Source: the human T2T-CHM13v2.0 reference genome, Homo sapiens
DNA length: 64,000 nucleotides
Strand: one strand, 5' to 3'
Assembly (NCBI RefSeq): GCF_009914755.1
Contig: NC_060927.1
Position numbers and translations under genes: made by a program. The notes beneath the pieces are model-generated. The model was given only the letters and a program-made list of their open reading frames with translations, was not told where the DNA came from and searched no databases. This document shows, piece by piece, positions 25,981 to 40,890 of this stretch (positions within the stretch are counted from its first letter, which is position 1; every line of letters begins with the position of its first letter).

Positions 25981-27079
25981 ATTATTCTCTATAAAATGGG
26001 GATGATGAGCCCTACTTTGCTGTCTCTACCAAATGCAATAATGAATGTGAATGTTTCTTCTAAACTATAAATTACTATGCCAAGACCCTAACTCTGATTT
26101 CCACCTAAGCACTGACTTTCCCAAGAGCACAACGGGTCTCTAAACCTCAGGAAGTTGGACTATTTTTATTTTGAACTTGACCAAAGCTGTTCATGGTTTC
26201 AGAAACTCACACCCCCTTTGGCGATGCCGTGCATGACTTCTGAGCTGCTGACATCTGCTCTTCCAATGCACTTGCAGCAGTCACATTCTGGTGCTCCCAC
26301 GCCGAGAGGCGGATGTCACTGCCTCCCCTGCCTCGGAGGAGAAACATGCCGGGCCCCAACCTAGTGCACTGACGTGTTGAAACCTGGATTACTTGGATCA
26401 TAATTCACTTTCCTTTGCCTTCTACTTTATAATAGTTAGGGCACTGTACTGGTTTTTTTATAAAATACGTGCTGGGTGTGCTTTCTCAGCTGAGTCTCAC
26501 TTCAGGACGACAAAGGGAGTTGCGAAGTGTTTGCTATCCTAGATGGGTTGTTCTGAGACCCTGCACTAGCCACTCAGCCCCACCACTGTCCTATCATAGA
26601 CAGGAGGAAACAAGAACATGGGCCAAGGTGCCCAGCTAGCAGGATCTGGGGGGCACCAACGCCGAGTGGCTTCTGCTGCCCTCTTCTCTGGAGGAAGGGG
26701 GTCCACTGCCCCCAACCCAGGCTAGGTCTCTGTCCACCTCCCTGATGACCTCCCTCTCTGGCAGGAGGCTGTCGCAGGAAACGCTTGTAGCAGTAATTCA
26801 CAGGGAGGCGTCATCTGCATTCCCAGCAAGGCAGGGAGGTGGCAGGGAGAAGAAAGGCGGGGAGGCCTCTCACGGGGTGGTGACAAGCAGAGAGAGGACC
26901 CAGCCTGGCCCGGCTGCAGGTCTGGGGAGAGAGGGCAGGGGGCAGGTCAGATGTGACAGTCCACGAAAGTGAGCTGGAGTCAGGGGCGCAGGAGACAGAG
27001 CCACAGCCTCATGGGCTACACAGACTTGGAGAATAATGATAAAATTATGTATTAAATATTATTAGGTAATAAATAAAGA

Positions 27080-27510
27080 GTAGTGTACCCCAGTGTCCAC
27101 AGCTGAGTGGATAAACACAATGTGGTCTATACACACCTTGGAATCGAATCCAACCATGAAATGGAAGGGAATTCTGACCCACACAACAATATGGATGAAG
27201 CCTGAGGACACTATGTGAAGCGAAATAAGCCCGTCACGAAACGTGAAAAACAGTCTCATTCTACTTGTGTGAGGTCCCTAGCAGGACATAAAGTAGAATG
27301 GTGGGTGCCCGGGGCTGGGGGAGGGAGGATGGAGAGTTGATGTTTAATGGAGGCAGAGTTTGTATTTGGGAGGAGGAAAAGGTCCTGGAGATGGGTGGCA
27401 GTGGTGGCTGCACAGCAAAGTGAAGGTACTAATGCCACCGCAATGTGCACTTAAAAATGGTGACAATGGTAAATGTTACGCTGTGTATTTTATCACAGAA
27501 AACAAAGTGT
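27080..27510 (+). mobile_element. L1MB-type 3' end
   Basis: gtggataaacacaatgtggtctatacac...aaggaattctgac...ggggctgggggagggagg. Confidence 0.9.
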
Positions 27511-27514
27511 CACG

Positions 27515-27662
27515 TGAGGTGCTCATTAGAAATGCAGATTCCAGGGCAGAGTCTCTTAGAGACCCAGACTTCAGGTCTGGGACAGAGTCTGGGCACCTGC
27601 GTGCCAACAACCACCCCAGGGACCAGATGCAAGTGTTCTGGGAACACACTTTGAGACATGCC
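27515..27662. mobile_element. MER5-like hAT-Charlie MITE
   Basis: tagaaatgcagattccagggc...ggaacacactttgaga. Confidence 0.65.
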
Positions 27663-28064
27663 ACCCTCCATCCAGCACTGTCCCTTCCTCCATCCTGAGG
27701 GGTCTGCAGGCCTCACCACTTTGCCTGCTCACTGGCGGCTGCAGACCGTCCTGGCTTCAGGCCCCTGTTCTGGCTGTGCTGTGGACTTGGCTGAGCCACC
27801 CGCTACCATTTCCCAACCTCCACTCACCTGGGAGCCTCCTGTGGCAGGTTCCACAGTCTGTCTATTCCACCGTGTGGACAGACCACATTATGTTTATCCA
27901 AGCCTCAAGGGGTTGGTCCCGGACTGTGCCCCAGCCTCCCCACCCAGCTCGACATAACCCCACTCTCTTCCCTTCCTCCCCTCCGCCTGACTGTCCTCAC
28001 AGCCGGGTGGGGATTCTCCCTGCCACGTAGCCTGCTGTCTTTTCTCCTTGCTCTTGTTTCACAG

Positions 28065-28313
28065 ATTCCTGGTTGGCTCCTTGAGAAACAGGTCCAGAGG
28101 TGCTGAACTCCCCAGGGAAGAGTGAGGGCTCCCGGCAGGCTCCTGGGGAGCAAAGCCCGGCTCCCTGCTCACATGTGGTATGGCCTTGGGCGGGGCACTT
28201 CCCCTCTCTGTGCCCTGTAACATGGGGATAATTCTAGTACCCAGAACCCCCAAAAAGTGGGGAGGGTGAATCAAGATAAAATGTGCAAACTGTTCAGACA
28301 AGAGGCCAGGCAG
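28065..28313 (+). other. Candidate plus-strand non-coding exon, partly MIR-derived
   Basis: Acceptor ctgtcttttctccttgctcttgtttcacAG|; donor CAG|GTGAGT at 28314. Confidence 0.25.
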
Positions 28314-28489
28314 GTGAGTGCTGTTGAAGTGGGGGCTGCTGCAATGACTGACAAGGCGAAACTGACGCGCTCTGCATGCCACTTCCGGGATCCCAGTGGA
28401 ATTTAAAATACAAGCTTCCCCTAGCTCTCCAATGCTGGGTTTGTCTAATTTCGTGCTTCAAAACTTTGGCACAGATTGTGCCTGTGTTT

Positions 28490-28730
28490 GTCTGTGTGTA
28501 CCCCAGTGTCTATGTGGGTCTGTGGGTGTGAGCCCCCATGTCTGTGTGTGCCTGTGGGTGTGAGCCCCCGTGTCTGTGCCTGTGGGTGTGAGCCCCCGTG
28601 TCTGTGCCTGTGGGTGTGAGTCCCCGTGTCTGTGCCTGTGGGTGTGAGTCCTGTGTCTGTGTGTGCCTGTGGGTGTGAGCCCTGTGTCTGTGTGTGCCTA
28701 TGGGTGTGAGCACCATGTCCATGTGAGCCT
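28490..28730. repeat. GT-rich minisatellite, ~7 units of 28-32 bp
   Basis: Unit gtgtctgtg(tgtg)cctgtgggtgtgagccccc. Confidence 0.95.
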
Positions 28731-29409
28731 GGGCAGCTGCTCCACAGGAAGGGACCAAGACAATGGTTTAAGCTACACCACAGATGACACCTCTCCAGCA
28801 GGAAGCCTGGGGTCGAACCTGCCCCTGGGAGACCCCCTCCCTTCCCTGAAACACCTGAATTTCTTCTAAGTACCCCCCTACCCCATGTCATCTTGCGCTA
28901 TTACTGCTGCTGCTGACACTAATACCTACTTAAGTGGGCTGGTACGAGAAAAAGAGAAAAGAAACCCACACAGGTTATGCCTGCAGCAGCAGCGAGAATC
29001 AAGTGAAATTGCCCAGTGCATGCCCAGTCCCCAAATCCCACACACAAGATCGGATTTTCTTCCCTTTCCCTCCCCTGCCTCTCACAACTCTCGGGTGTGA
29101 CTAAATGTGGAAAATATTAGTGTTCCTTAATTCTTTCCTGGAGTTTACAACAAATGAGAAATGTATGCTACTATTGAGGTCCCTGTGTTTCTCCCCGCAT
29201 GAAAGCTAATAAATCTCTCTCTCTCCCTGACTGTACACACAGTGTTGGTTGTCAAATGTGATTTGAGTTTGCCGGCAGTCAGCCACGAGGTGTGGGTGAT
29301 TGCTGAGGCCCTGGGAAGAGATGGGTGCAGGAGAGGTGGATGTGTGGAGCCGGGGCATGGGGCCCACGGGTCTGGGGACGGGCTCTGGGGGTCTAGCGAG
29401 GTGGGCTGG

Positions 29410-30127
29410 CTTCGTGTGTCTGTGCATTTTATTTTCTCTGATGGAAGAGATCCATCGGTTTCCTCTGTGGGATCTGAGACCCAGAAAAGGATTAAAAGGG
29501 AGAGTCCCCATCCAAAGTGGGGTGGGGCTGCCCCGTCTCACAGAGAGGGGGCCTGGTGGGCCCCTCAGTCAGGGCTTCTCCCCCAGCTCTCCAGGGAGCC
29601 ACTGTGGCCTGGCTCCCACATCCTGCCACACCCTCCCCGGCGCTGGGGTCTGAGAGGTGTGGCCACACCCTTCCCCTGGCTGGTGGCAGTTACCAATCAA
29701 TCCCAACCACTGCTGCTGGCCCCGGGGGACCTGCAGGCACCTGCATCCTTGGGCTCAAAGGTGGGGAGAGCCCAGATCTCTCCAGAAACCTCCCTGCTCA
29801 CAAGTTGGGGCTGTGCACCCCAACAACAAAATCCCTGGTGCTGAGCTGGTTGGGGGAGTGGGAGCACCTCAGCAGGAGGGGGAAATTGCCCAGAGGTGCC
29901 CCTCTGAGACTGCTGGAGGTGGGTGCTGTCTGCAGACACGCAGGCACCATGAGGCCAGCACATCACTCCCGCTGCCTGTGGACATTGCTCTGGGACCCCA
30001 GGTGGCCCGGGCGGAGGAAGAACAAGATCCTTGTGGCAGCAAAGGTGGCAGCAAATGCCCTATCACATTCTTCTTCCCTTTGGGAAATGTCTGAAGTCAT
30101 TGCCACTGCAGGCTTAACATCCAGTGC
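29410..30127 (-). ncRNA. Candidate terminal exon of a minus-strand non-coding transcript
   Basis: Acceptor tgttgccctccctcccctctctgcAG|GCAC at 30127; AATAAA on minus strand at 29433-29428. Confidence 0.25.
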
Positions 30128-32689
30128 CTGCAGAGAGGGGAGGGAGGGCAACACGGAACCAATGCATGTCCTTGCTACTCTGGTGAACCTGGTCTTTAAA
30201 TCCTGTTCTTATGCCGCCCCGTTCCCTGTAGCCACCAGCCCCGCTGAGACAACCCGCTGCGGCAGACAGATTGGGGGTTCTGGTCCCGTTCCTGGTCCTG
30301 TCGCCTTGTAGTGTGGGACCCTCAGCAAGGAACGCAGCTTCCTTAAGAGTTTGTCTCCTGAAAATGAAGTGAATGGATCTTGCCCCATGGGGCCTTACGA
30401 GATAGATGTATGAATGCCGGGCCCTGGCGCCGTGCCAGGCTCACCAACCTTTACTCATCTCTGTTCCCTTTGTTCCCGCTGCGCAGAAGTTCAAGGGCAA
30501 GAGACTAAGGCTGCAAGCTCCCCACTGAGAAGCCAGGCAGGATGAATTCTCAGATCAGAGCCTGCACTCAGGTGGGCGTGTGCCCTCCAACCCTCCAAGG
30601 CCAATGTCAGCCCCCTCACAGGTCCCCCAAGGCTGCATCCTTCACATACTTAAGGCCAACTGGGGTGAAGCACACAGCCAGGCTGTGCTGGACTGGAAAC
30701 TGTTCTGACAACCCCAGATCTTCCAGTTTTCGACATGAAACTGGCCATCTTTTCTGCGCATGTGATGTTTCCATGGGCCAGGTCCTCTGCCCTGCTTTCG
30801 TTAGTGGGGACACGGTGGTTCCAGATGGTCCTAAGGGTGCTCCAAACTTGTCCTGCTAACACATGGTGCAGTGACGAGAGGCTCACTACCTGTCAAGGGC
30901 CTTCACCCCATCCTCAGGTGCTTCGGAGTCACAGACCCCCTCTCACTGAGCCAACCATCCCCTCCACCTTCTCTGCCTGTGACACCCCCTGCAGAGGTGG
31001 AGATAGCAGCCAGCTGGGTCCACAGACGTGAGAAGGCGCCAGCTCCACCCGGGCCCCTGTGCTAGGGCTGGGACACAGAGGGAAGGGTGGGCTCGCTGCC
31101 ATCAGTCTACGCATCATCTACGCTGCCATCAGCCTCCAGCTGGCTGTCTGCACTTGAGGCCTCTGGTCACCCCATGCAGCTGATGATGCCCCACCCCCAC
31201 CCAGGGTACTTTGGGAAGGGGTGTTTTTGGGGAAACAACAAAATGCCCCCCCCCAGCCAGGTTTTGAAGGCTGCTCTGCTTGTCTGAGGCCGAGGGCCCG
31301 GCCCGGGCGCACTGGGTGGCCCCACACCTGGCTCACAACACCTGCCCGAGGAGGGGCTTCCTGGTGTGGAGGGGATGTGACTGTGCTCTGCTGGACACGG
31401 ATCCCAAGGCAGGGCTGCACTGGAAGGTCTCCCTCCGCCTCCCAGAACCTCTCCACTTTCCTCTGATTTCCATAGCTGCTTCCATAGAGGTTTCTTTCAG
31501 AAATAGGATTCTGCTGCCAACAATTTACAAATGTAAAGGGTCTGAAAACCGTGGCCATGGAAGAGCCCTTTCTGTGTGGATGGGATGACGCCTGAGCAAG
31601 AGTCCCCCAGAACGGGGTCACTGAGCTGACAGCAGGGACACCCTGTGGAAGGTGGGGACAGGCCCCATCATCCTCCGAGGCTCTGGACAGGGCCTCCCGT
31701 TTGCACAAAACCAAGCAACACTGGCCTCCACCATGGTCTCAGGACACAGGAATCCTCCCATTCTGAAGGTTTCTTCCAGTGATCTTTATTTATTCCCTCG
31801 GTTCCTGCCAGTAAGCACACCTGGATGATGGAGCTATCGCACGAGGGAAGTGATCAGGACAGGGCACTCTGAACCGGTGCAGGCCCCGGTTCCCCCACAG
31901 ACACAGCTGAGCTGCTGGGCTGCGCACTTCCCCGCCATGTTTTCTGCCAGTAAAGCTGCTCCAAGGCTGCAAGGCAGGACTCCACAGGAAAGCACAGGAC
32001 TTCCCACAAGCAGCCCTGCCCTTGGAGATGGTGCACTTGCAAATCCTCAGCTCCGCGGTCGGTTTCCTCCTCTGTAAAATGGGTTGATGCCTGCCCTGAG
32101 GCCACTCTGTGGAAATGACATCGAAGGTGATAGCTCCTGCGAGCTCTGGCATGAAGCAGATGCTTCCCAAGCCCAGCTCAGCTCGGAGGAGACCAGGAGC
32201 TCAACCAGGGGCCCAGAGCCAGAGCAGCCAAGCCCAGGCAGGGGGCGGGCCGAGGTCACTCCCTGTGGAGGCTTGGCCAGTCCCCAAATGCTTCCTCTGA
32301 GACACTCCTTAGGCCTGCATGGGGGACTGCAGAGCTGTGGCCTTACTCTCCCCACCAGGGTACACCTGGAGGCACTGACCGCTGAGCATCCACGTGCAGA
32401 TGGGACAAGCACAACGCATGGTCGGGCAGGCCTGGGGCAGATCCTGGCACCCACCGCGTGCCCCAACCAACTAGCTGGACTATTCGCACCTCCACGTGCC
32501 CATCTGGAAAATGGGGTGCAGACACATCAGCCCACGGCGGTCACCGCCCTCCACCTGCTTTCCTCTCCTGGTCCTGGCAAGACACATGCAGGACCCTGTC
32601 ACTCCTCCACACAACCCTCAACAGCTCCCTGAGTCCAGACCACGCACAGCAACCCTTGTCCAGCCCTGGCGTCCTCCCCTTGCACTTCT

Positions 32690-32970
32690 CTTGCACCCCA
32701 AGCTCCAGCCCCAGGGCCAGCACACTTGCCATTCCCTCTGCCAGGAATGCTCTCCCCAGAACCCCAGGGCTCATCCCCTTCCTCCAGGCCTCTACTCAGC
32801 TGTGGCCTCCTCAGAGATGGCACCACCTCTATCCCCGACAGAACCTTCATGGCACTTGTCACTCTCATGTCAGGTTTTGTCATCCATCCTTCCCAGTAGG
32901 AGCTCGACACAGGCAGGACCACGTCTTGTCCCCACCACATTCCAGAGCCTAGAGCAGGGCTCAGCACATG
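32690..32970 (+). mobile_element. L2 fragment
   Basis: cagggccagcacacttgccattccctctgccaggaatgctctcccc...agcctagagcagggctcagcaca. Confidence 0.7.
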
Positions 32971-34029
32971 GCTGGCATCACCACAATCCCGGCTCAGCAA
33001 GGAGGGGTCAGCAACCTGGGCGCTGGGCCATCCTCTGCTCCCTGCCGTGCCATGCTCTCCTAGAAACAGTGAGCTCCTGCCTCAGTTTCCCCATGTCCTT
33101 GAGGATGGCCTCCACTCTGAGTCCAGTCCAAGCCACACACCACCTCCTGGGTGTGCAGCAGCCCCCAGGCCCTCCTACAGTCCCTGGGAGGGCTCTGGCC
33201 ATTAAGGACAGGCCTCCCTCTGAGTGGCCCCACATGCTTCTCCTAAGGAGCTGGACATAAAGAGACCAACACCGTCATCTCCAGTTCTCTGGGAGGAGGG
33301 GGATTGTGCTTCAAGGAGCCCATGCTGGGGACTCGACACGCCCACCAGCCTTTCCTCATTCCTGTCTCCGCTTGAGGACATGGGGTTCCCCGAGGATGCC
33401 CCCTGCTCCCTGTGAATCTCCCCTGCTGGGGTGGAGGACAACACAATGAGTCTCTCAAAGGAGCAGAGTTAGAGCAAGTTATGGATTTCCTTTGGTTGCA
33501 CTAAATTAAAACTGGAAGCCGGCTGCCCAGGATGTGAGGGCTCCGGTTTATGCTGGCGGACAGCGGCTCAGTCCCAGTCCACTGGGCCCACTCCACAGGC
33601 AACAGCCACCCACAGCACAGGCACATAGTGCGGAATGAACTGAGGGCTTTGGGGGCTGCCCCATTGAGCCCCTGCCTCCTGGCCTGGCTGAGATCTGGAA
33701 GAGGCAGGCGGGACAGGAACCCATGGATTTGGCACACCGCCGGGCGTGGTCCTCACCATCTCGGGCCTGCTTCACACCCTTTTCCATCCAGGCATCAGAG
33801 CCGCGGACACAGGAGACAGAAAGACCCTCGTGTTCTGGGTCCTCCTGGCCGTGAGGCCCTGGGAAAGCCAAGGTCTCTGCTCTTACTCTCAGCAACTTGG
33901 GGCAGCGTTCACCAAAGCTGCCCGCCCCTTGGGACGCAGCAAGGAACCTAGATGGTCCATGGGGGAGGCCCCCCAAGCAGCACCCCACTTACTGAGGACA
34001 AACCCTCGGAGCCCACCCACAGGGGTTCC

Positions 34030-34745
<716 letters not shown>

Positions 34746-36229
34746 AACCCTGAGCCATTGTTTGAGGCTCCCCAGGGCTAGGTGGAGGGCAGGGGAACAG
34801 ACCAAGCCAACACTCAGAGGCTTGGAGGAACCCAACAGCAAGGGAGACACCAGCGGTGTGGCAGAGGCTGTGATGAATGGCAAGGGAGCCTGGCAAGGGG
34901 TGGGCGCCAGTTGGTAGAGGGTCTCACGGGCTGCAGTAAACTCAAGCTAAAATGCATGCCCCTCAGCGCCACCCTCACAATCCCCCTCCCACAGAACATC
35001 CTGAGAGCAGGTCCGTCACTCTGTAAGCTCTAACTCCCTGTCAGGACACCAGTACCCAGTGCTCAAGAAATGCTCACAGCTGAATTGAACGAAATCTGGG
35101 CTCCATGAAAGACCCGGGAGGATGCAGGTGCCAACAGGCAGAGTTGCGGCAGGCAGAGGAGATGATAAATCCGACACACTTTGGATATGGGTGGACTTCA
35201 CGTTCATTGATTTGGAGTACCAGATCCAAGGGGCGCCCTCCACACTGGACTACAGTCATTTGTTAACGTAGTTCTTGGAAAAAAACAGAAGTCTTCTTCC
35301 TTCTCCTAAGTGATCAACTTCAGCAGCATGTCCCAGTTTCTGTTTGGCAGTGCACAGGTGGGCCCACCGTGTGATCACGTCTCCAAACCAGGCACTTGAT
35401 GGTCTGAAGACACCAGAATGTGCCGCACAGTCCAATTTCACCTTGTCAACGCCTCATGTCCACGGGCCCACTGCAGGCTCTGAGAAGTCCCGCAGTAAAG
35501 AAACCCAGAATTCCCACGATTGAACTGATAATGAAATATTTTAGTTCATGACCCTAAAAACATCTGAGTTTGGAAAATGCTGAATTCCGGGACCTTGTTA
35601 TGCAAACAGGCCAGACACAAGCAGGCGAAAGCAGCTTTTAACAAAATATGTCAAGTTGGAAGCTTTCGAAGGACGACCTGGAAATCCCCTGCTGTTCTAC
35701 CTGAGCTGGGCTCTGTCCACCAGACCACAGGCTGCCCTGGAGCAATTTTCCTTCTCCATTTTCTACGCCTGGGAGCAGGTGTGTCCGCTGTGACGTCCTT
35801 TAACCAGGATGCTGGCAGCTTCAGCTTAGACGCTTCACCCAAAGCCACCTTGCCCAGCCCTTGAAGTCACAGCCTCTCCCTCGGGGACTGGTTTCCAGGC
35901 CAATGAGTGCTTGGTGGTTTGTCTTCCTCTTCTGAATAGGAGAGGTGTCAGGATGAGTCCCGAATGTCCCCACCGTTCATGACAAATGAGGATGCATCTG
36001 CTGGTTTCAGGACAGACCAACCCCAGCACATTCTAGCCCAGTTCCCGGGCTTCCGTGTTTCAGAAACAGGGCTGGCAGGTCCTTGCCAGCTGGGCTCATC
36101 CCAGAGGGGGATAGCCCCGGGAGGGGGACCCACTGGCCCCTGGACCCCTCTCTCTCACACGCTAACCTCCCAGAGCCTCTGAGGCCGTAGGAAGCAGCTG
36201 TGAAACACATTTTCACAGACGGAACGGGA

Positions 36230-36400
36230 AGATGAAGATCAGGAGGCAGATGGTGGAGAAGGTGGCGCCACTGAGTGAATGTGATTGACGCCAAGGAGCT
36301 GGACACTTAGAAATGGCTAAGATGAGCAGTTTCTATTACATGTGCTTTACCACAACGTATATACATACACACATGTGTGTATGTGTGCATATATATTTGT
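36230..36400 (+). mobile_element. L1M terminal fragment with alternating purine-pyrimidine tail
   Basis: cacttagaaatggctaagatg...ttttaccacaa followed by acgtatatacatacacacatgtgtgtatgtgtgcatatatat. Confidence 0.7.
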
Positions 36401-37077
36401 CTTTTGATAAAACCACCCACACAGGGCAAAGGGACAGCTCCTAGGTGACAGCAGAGACCGTGCCACCTTCACTGTGAGAGCCCCAGGCCTGGTGGGGGGC
36501 TGGGCACATGGGCAACCAAGAAATGCTGGAGGAAGTAAAGAAGTCAGGAGGTACTGGGCTCGAGCTGGTCTCCAGGTCTCCGCGGCTGTGATGCGGGTGA
36601 GCTGCTCAGACTTTCTGAAGTCCTGGCCTACAGAATATCAGTGACAGCTGTCACTGCGAAGGTGACCCACATGAGGTGCGGTGACCCTTTTGACATAGAA
36701 TTTTCCCAAGTGCTTCTGGCTCTGTGCTACACTTGACCTCACAGTACCCCCAAGAGCAAGGTGGGCATACGGGGAATACCCCCAGGTTCAGATAGCTAAA
36801 GTCACTTGTGCAGAGTGACATGGCCAGCAGGGCCACAGCTGGCTCCATTAGCGGCACCCATGCAGGCCTTCCACTAGCTGCACATCCCGGCCGTGGCTGA
36901 AGCCTCTGTGTCCGTCCACTACACAGTGTCTTCCTTAGGGGGAGGCGGGGCTGGTCCTGCTCTGCTCCTTGCCCTGGGTGGGCGACATGGGCCTGGTGAC
37001 TCTGGCATCTGGGGCTGCACTCCTAGGATTGGTGCTCGTGCTTCTGGAGGATGTTCTGCTTCAATAAAGTGGCTCAC

Positions 37078-37181
37078 CTGAAAACGAAGCCTTTTCCTTT
37101 GTGAAGCCCCTTCAGGCTTCACGTCACCGGGACTGGTTGGAGTTTCATCTGACGCAGACACCAGGTGTTAACATCCCAGTG
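37078..37181 (-). ncRNA. Candidate 104-nt internal non-coding exon
   Basis: ~70-nt polypyrimidine tract (minus, 37190-37260) ending tttgctccAG|; donor CAG|GTGAGC; stops in all three frames. Confidence 0.4.
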
Positions 37182-38545
37182 CTGGAGCAAAGGGAGAGAG
37201 GGAGGGAAGAGGAGAGGAGGGGGAGGGTGAGGAAAAAAGAGAAAAGGGAGGGATGCAGAGGAAGGGCTTGTCTTTCCACACATGTGGGGGGCCCTACGGG
37301 AAACTCTTTAAATCCCAGTAGTGAGGGGGTTGATTGGAGAACTTGAGAGGGTTCCGCCAACCTACAGGGTTGACTCCTTCTGGGTAAGTTAGGCTTCAGA
37401 ATTGTCCTGAACACAAGCTAGGAGCCAGTCTCATGGCTGTGAGAACAAGAGTAAATCCAGGTGAAGTCCCTTCGCACACAGAGATGCTCACAAATGTGAC
37501 CTAACCTGAATTTACACCGTGCTTGGCCAGGCCCACAGCCCTGCCATCCTCAGGAGCCTTCCCCGAGGTAACTTCCTGCACACCCTTGGGCAGGGGCTTC
37601 TGACCCTCTGTGGTGTCCAAGCTTTGAGGGAGGGGAGAGGATCGTCTGTCTGTAAACAAGACCCTGTGTGTCCACTGAGAGCTACCATGCCAGCTGACCC
37701 TCGGACGAAGGGCTGCCTGGAAGTCAGGAGCCCTGCGGAGGCCCCAGGGCCACAAGCTGCCTTTGCCAGAGCCAGCTAAGAGCCTCTTTGAGAATACACT
37801 GCAGACAGACCCTTCTGGAACAACAGCTTCTTCCAGGGGTGCTCTCTGCTCCAGATGCTACAAGGAGGTGCTGCTGGCCTGGCGCCCACCCCATCTCTGT
37901 CTCTCGCAGAAGCCTCTACACCCCAGTAGAAGCTGAGGTCAAGCGGATGCGCTGGGCCAGGAGACAGCCTCATTCCCCTCCAGACCGAGGAGAAGTTCTA
38001 GTAACAGATCTGACCAGCAGGAGCCAATGCGCTTCCTCTTCACTGTCTGGAGGGGCATGTGGGCCCGCACATGCCTCTCTGGTCTCACATGCAGAAGCAT
38101 CTGCATGTGCAGTTGTTCTCTGGGGGCTGCCTGTATTTCTAGGGGGGCGTATGGCAGAATGGGAAGCAGTGGAGAGCACTGGATTCCTGCTGTTCTGTTT
38201 CTGTATCTTCGCTGTGCGACTCCTGGCAGCCCCATCAGCCCTCAGGGCCAGAGTCCCTCCTCTGCAAAGTGGAGACAATGGTGTCTGCCCACAGATGGCC
38301 ACAAAAGCAGTTAGGAAGCTCGAATAGGATATGATGCCCTTTCATTTGCTTGACACACATTTGTGGAGCGCCTGCTCTGTGCCAGGCCACCATTTCAGGC
38401 AGAGGGGTGGCCTCACTTTGTGAGCAGAGCTGAAGATCAACCTCCAGCCCGTCTGACTCCTGCAATGTCTGACTCCAGCGCATGCTGTTGCTTTCTTTAA
38501 AAAGCAGCTGATTTAAAAAAGTTGATAACAAAAAGCAACTGATAA

Positions 38546-38707
<162 letters not shown>

Positions 38708-39339
38708 TAGAAATCGCTCCTCTACAAAAGTGCAGAAACAGCTGAAATTACAACAATTACACACCAATATCCCAGTGATTGTCGGTATATGTAATTCACC
38801 TGCCATTCAAACGTAGGATCCTGGGCTTGCAAATAGTGGTGCTAAATAAATGTCTGCTGAGTGGATTAATGGGGAGGTCCACTGAGCTCCAAATAACGTA
38901 ACCCCAGAGAGTGGACTAGTCTATTGATTTCAAAAAATGTCTGGTTCAGGCCTCTGACTGCAGTTGTGACCAACCAGCCCAGGCACTCCATACTGATCCC
39001 CACTCCCAGCCTCAGCAGCTGGGGCATGCGATAAATCAGTGGCAAAGGAATCCTTTCAGCAGGGAGAGGACTGTCAAGGAGTGGGCAGAAGACTTTGGAG
39101 AAGACTTCCACCTTCTCTAGACCTGCCAGCCATTGACCACGAAGCACACACCAAAAAAAGCCTGTAACTCTCAAACAACACAGCACAATGACAGGCACCG
39201 TGGCACCAGCCAACTGCTCAGGAAGGGGGGTCATGTGACACTCTGCCACCCCACAGTCGCAGCTTCCCATGCCTCTGAGGACTACTAAGAACCTCAATGG
39301 AGGCACGCAAATGGAGCCCACAGTCTCGAGAAGCACTGT

Positions 39340-40185
<846 letters not shown>

Positions 40186-40454
40186 CTCCATGGCCTTTCC
40201 TGCTAGATGAAAGACACTGGGATTTGTTTTTCACTCAACACACCCTTTGTGGCACACTGCCGGGGAACCCAAACCGAGACACCTCTATTATCATGGACCT
40301 GAACTTCCAGCTGAAGTTGAAGGCTAGGCCTGTCCCAACATGGCAAGGGACACAGGATTTCCACTTGAAACGGTGATGTGATGATTACTTTAAAATAGGT
40401 GTTTTCTCTTTCAGAAACTATTTGTGGGGAAATATTAACTAAATAGTAGTGCAT

Positions 40455-40890
40455 CCGAGCATCCATCAATGGATGAATATACAAACAAAATGCGGCCTAT
40501 CCATGCAAGGGACTATTAGCCCTACAAAGGAAGAAGGTTCTGGGCCGCACTGCCACATGGGTGAACCTTCAGGGTGTGCCGCAGAGTAAAACAAGCCGAT
40601 CACCAAAGGCCGAGAACAGCAGGACTCCACTGATCTGATGCACTTGGAGTAGCCAAAGCCATAGGGACAGAAATGGAGTCAGGGGTTCCAGGGGCTGGGG
40701 CAGGGGAATAAGGGGTTGGTGTTTCATGGGAACAGAGGCTCAGTCTGGGAAGAGGAAAACATTCTGGAGATGGACGGTGGGGACGGTGGCACATCAGTGT
40801 GAGTGGAGCTAATCCCACTGGAGTGACAACGAAAAGTGGCGAAAATGGTAAATTTTATGTGAAGCGTATTTTGCCACAATGAAAAACAAA
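40455..40890 (+). mobile_element. L1MB-type 3' end
   Basis: catccatcaatggatgaatatacaaacaaaatg...ccaggggctggggcagggg...atggtaaattttatgt. Confidence 0.9.

Noticed and set aside
25998-26102. C/D-box snoRNA-like ATGATGA...CTGA
   Set aside because: The C box falls in a MIR core remnant (ctataaaatggggatgatga) and the terminal stem is weak.
35100-35585. Coding-looking stretch as a processed pseudogene
   Set aside because: No sustained frame or recognisable protein; the distal part (ggctctgagaagtcccgcagtaaagaaacc...tttggaaaatgctg) resembles a hAT-Charlie remnant.
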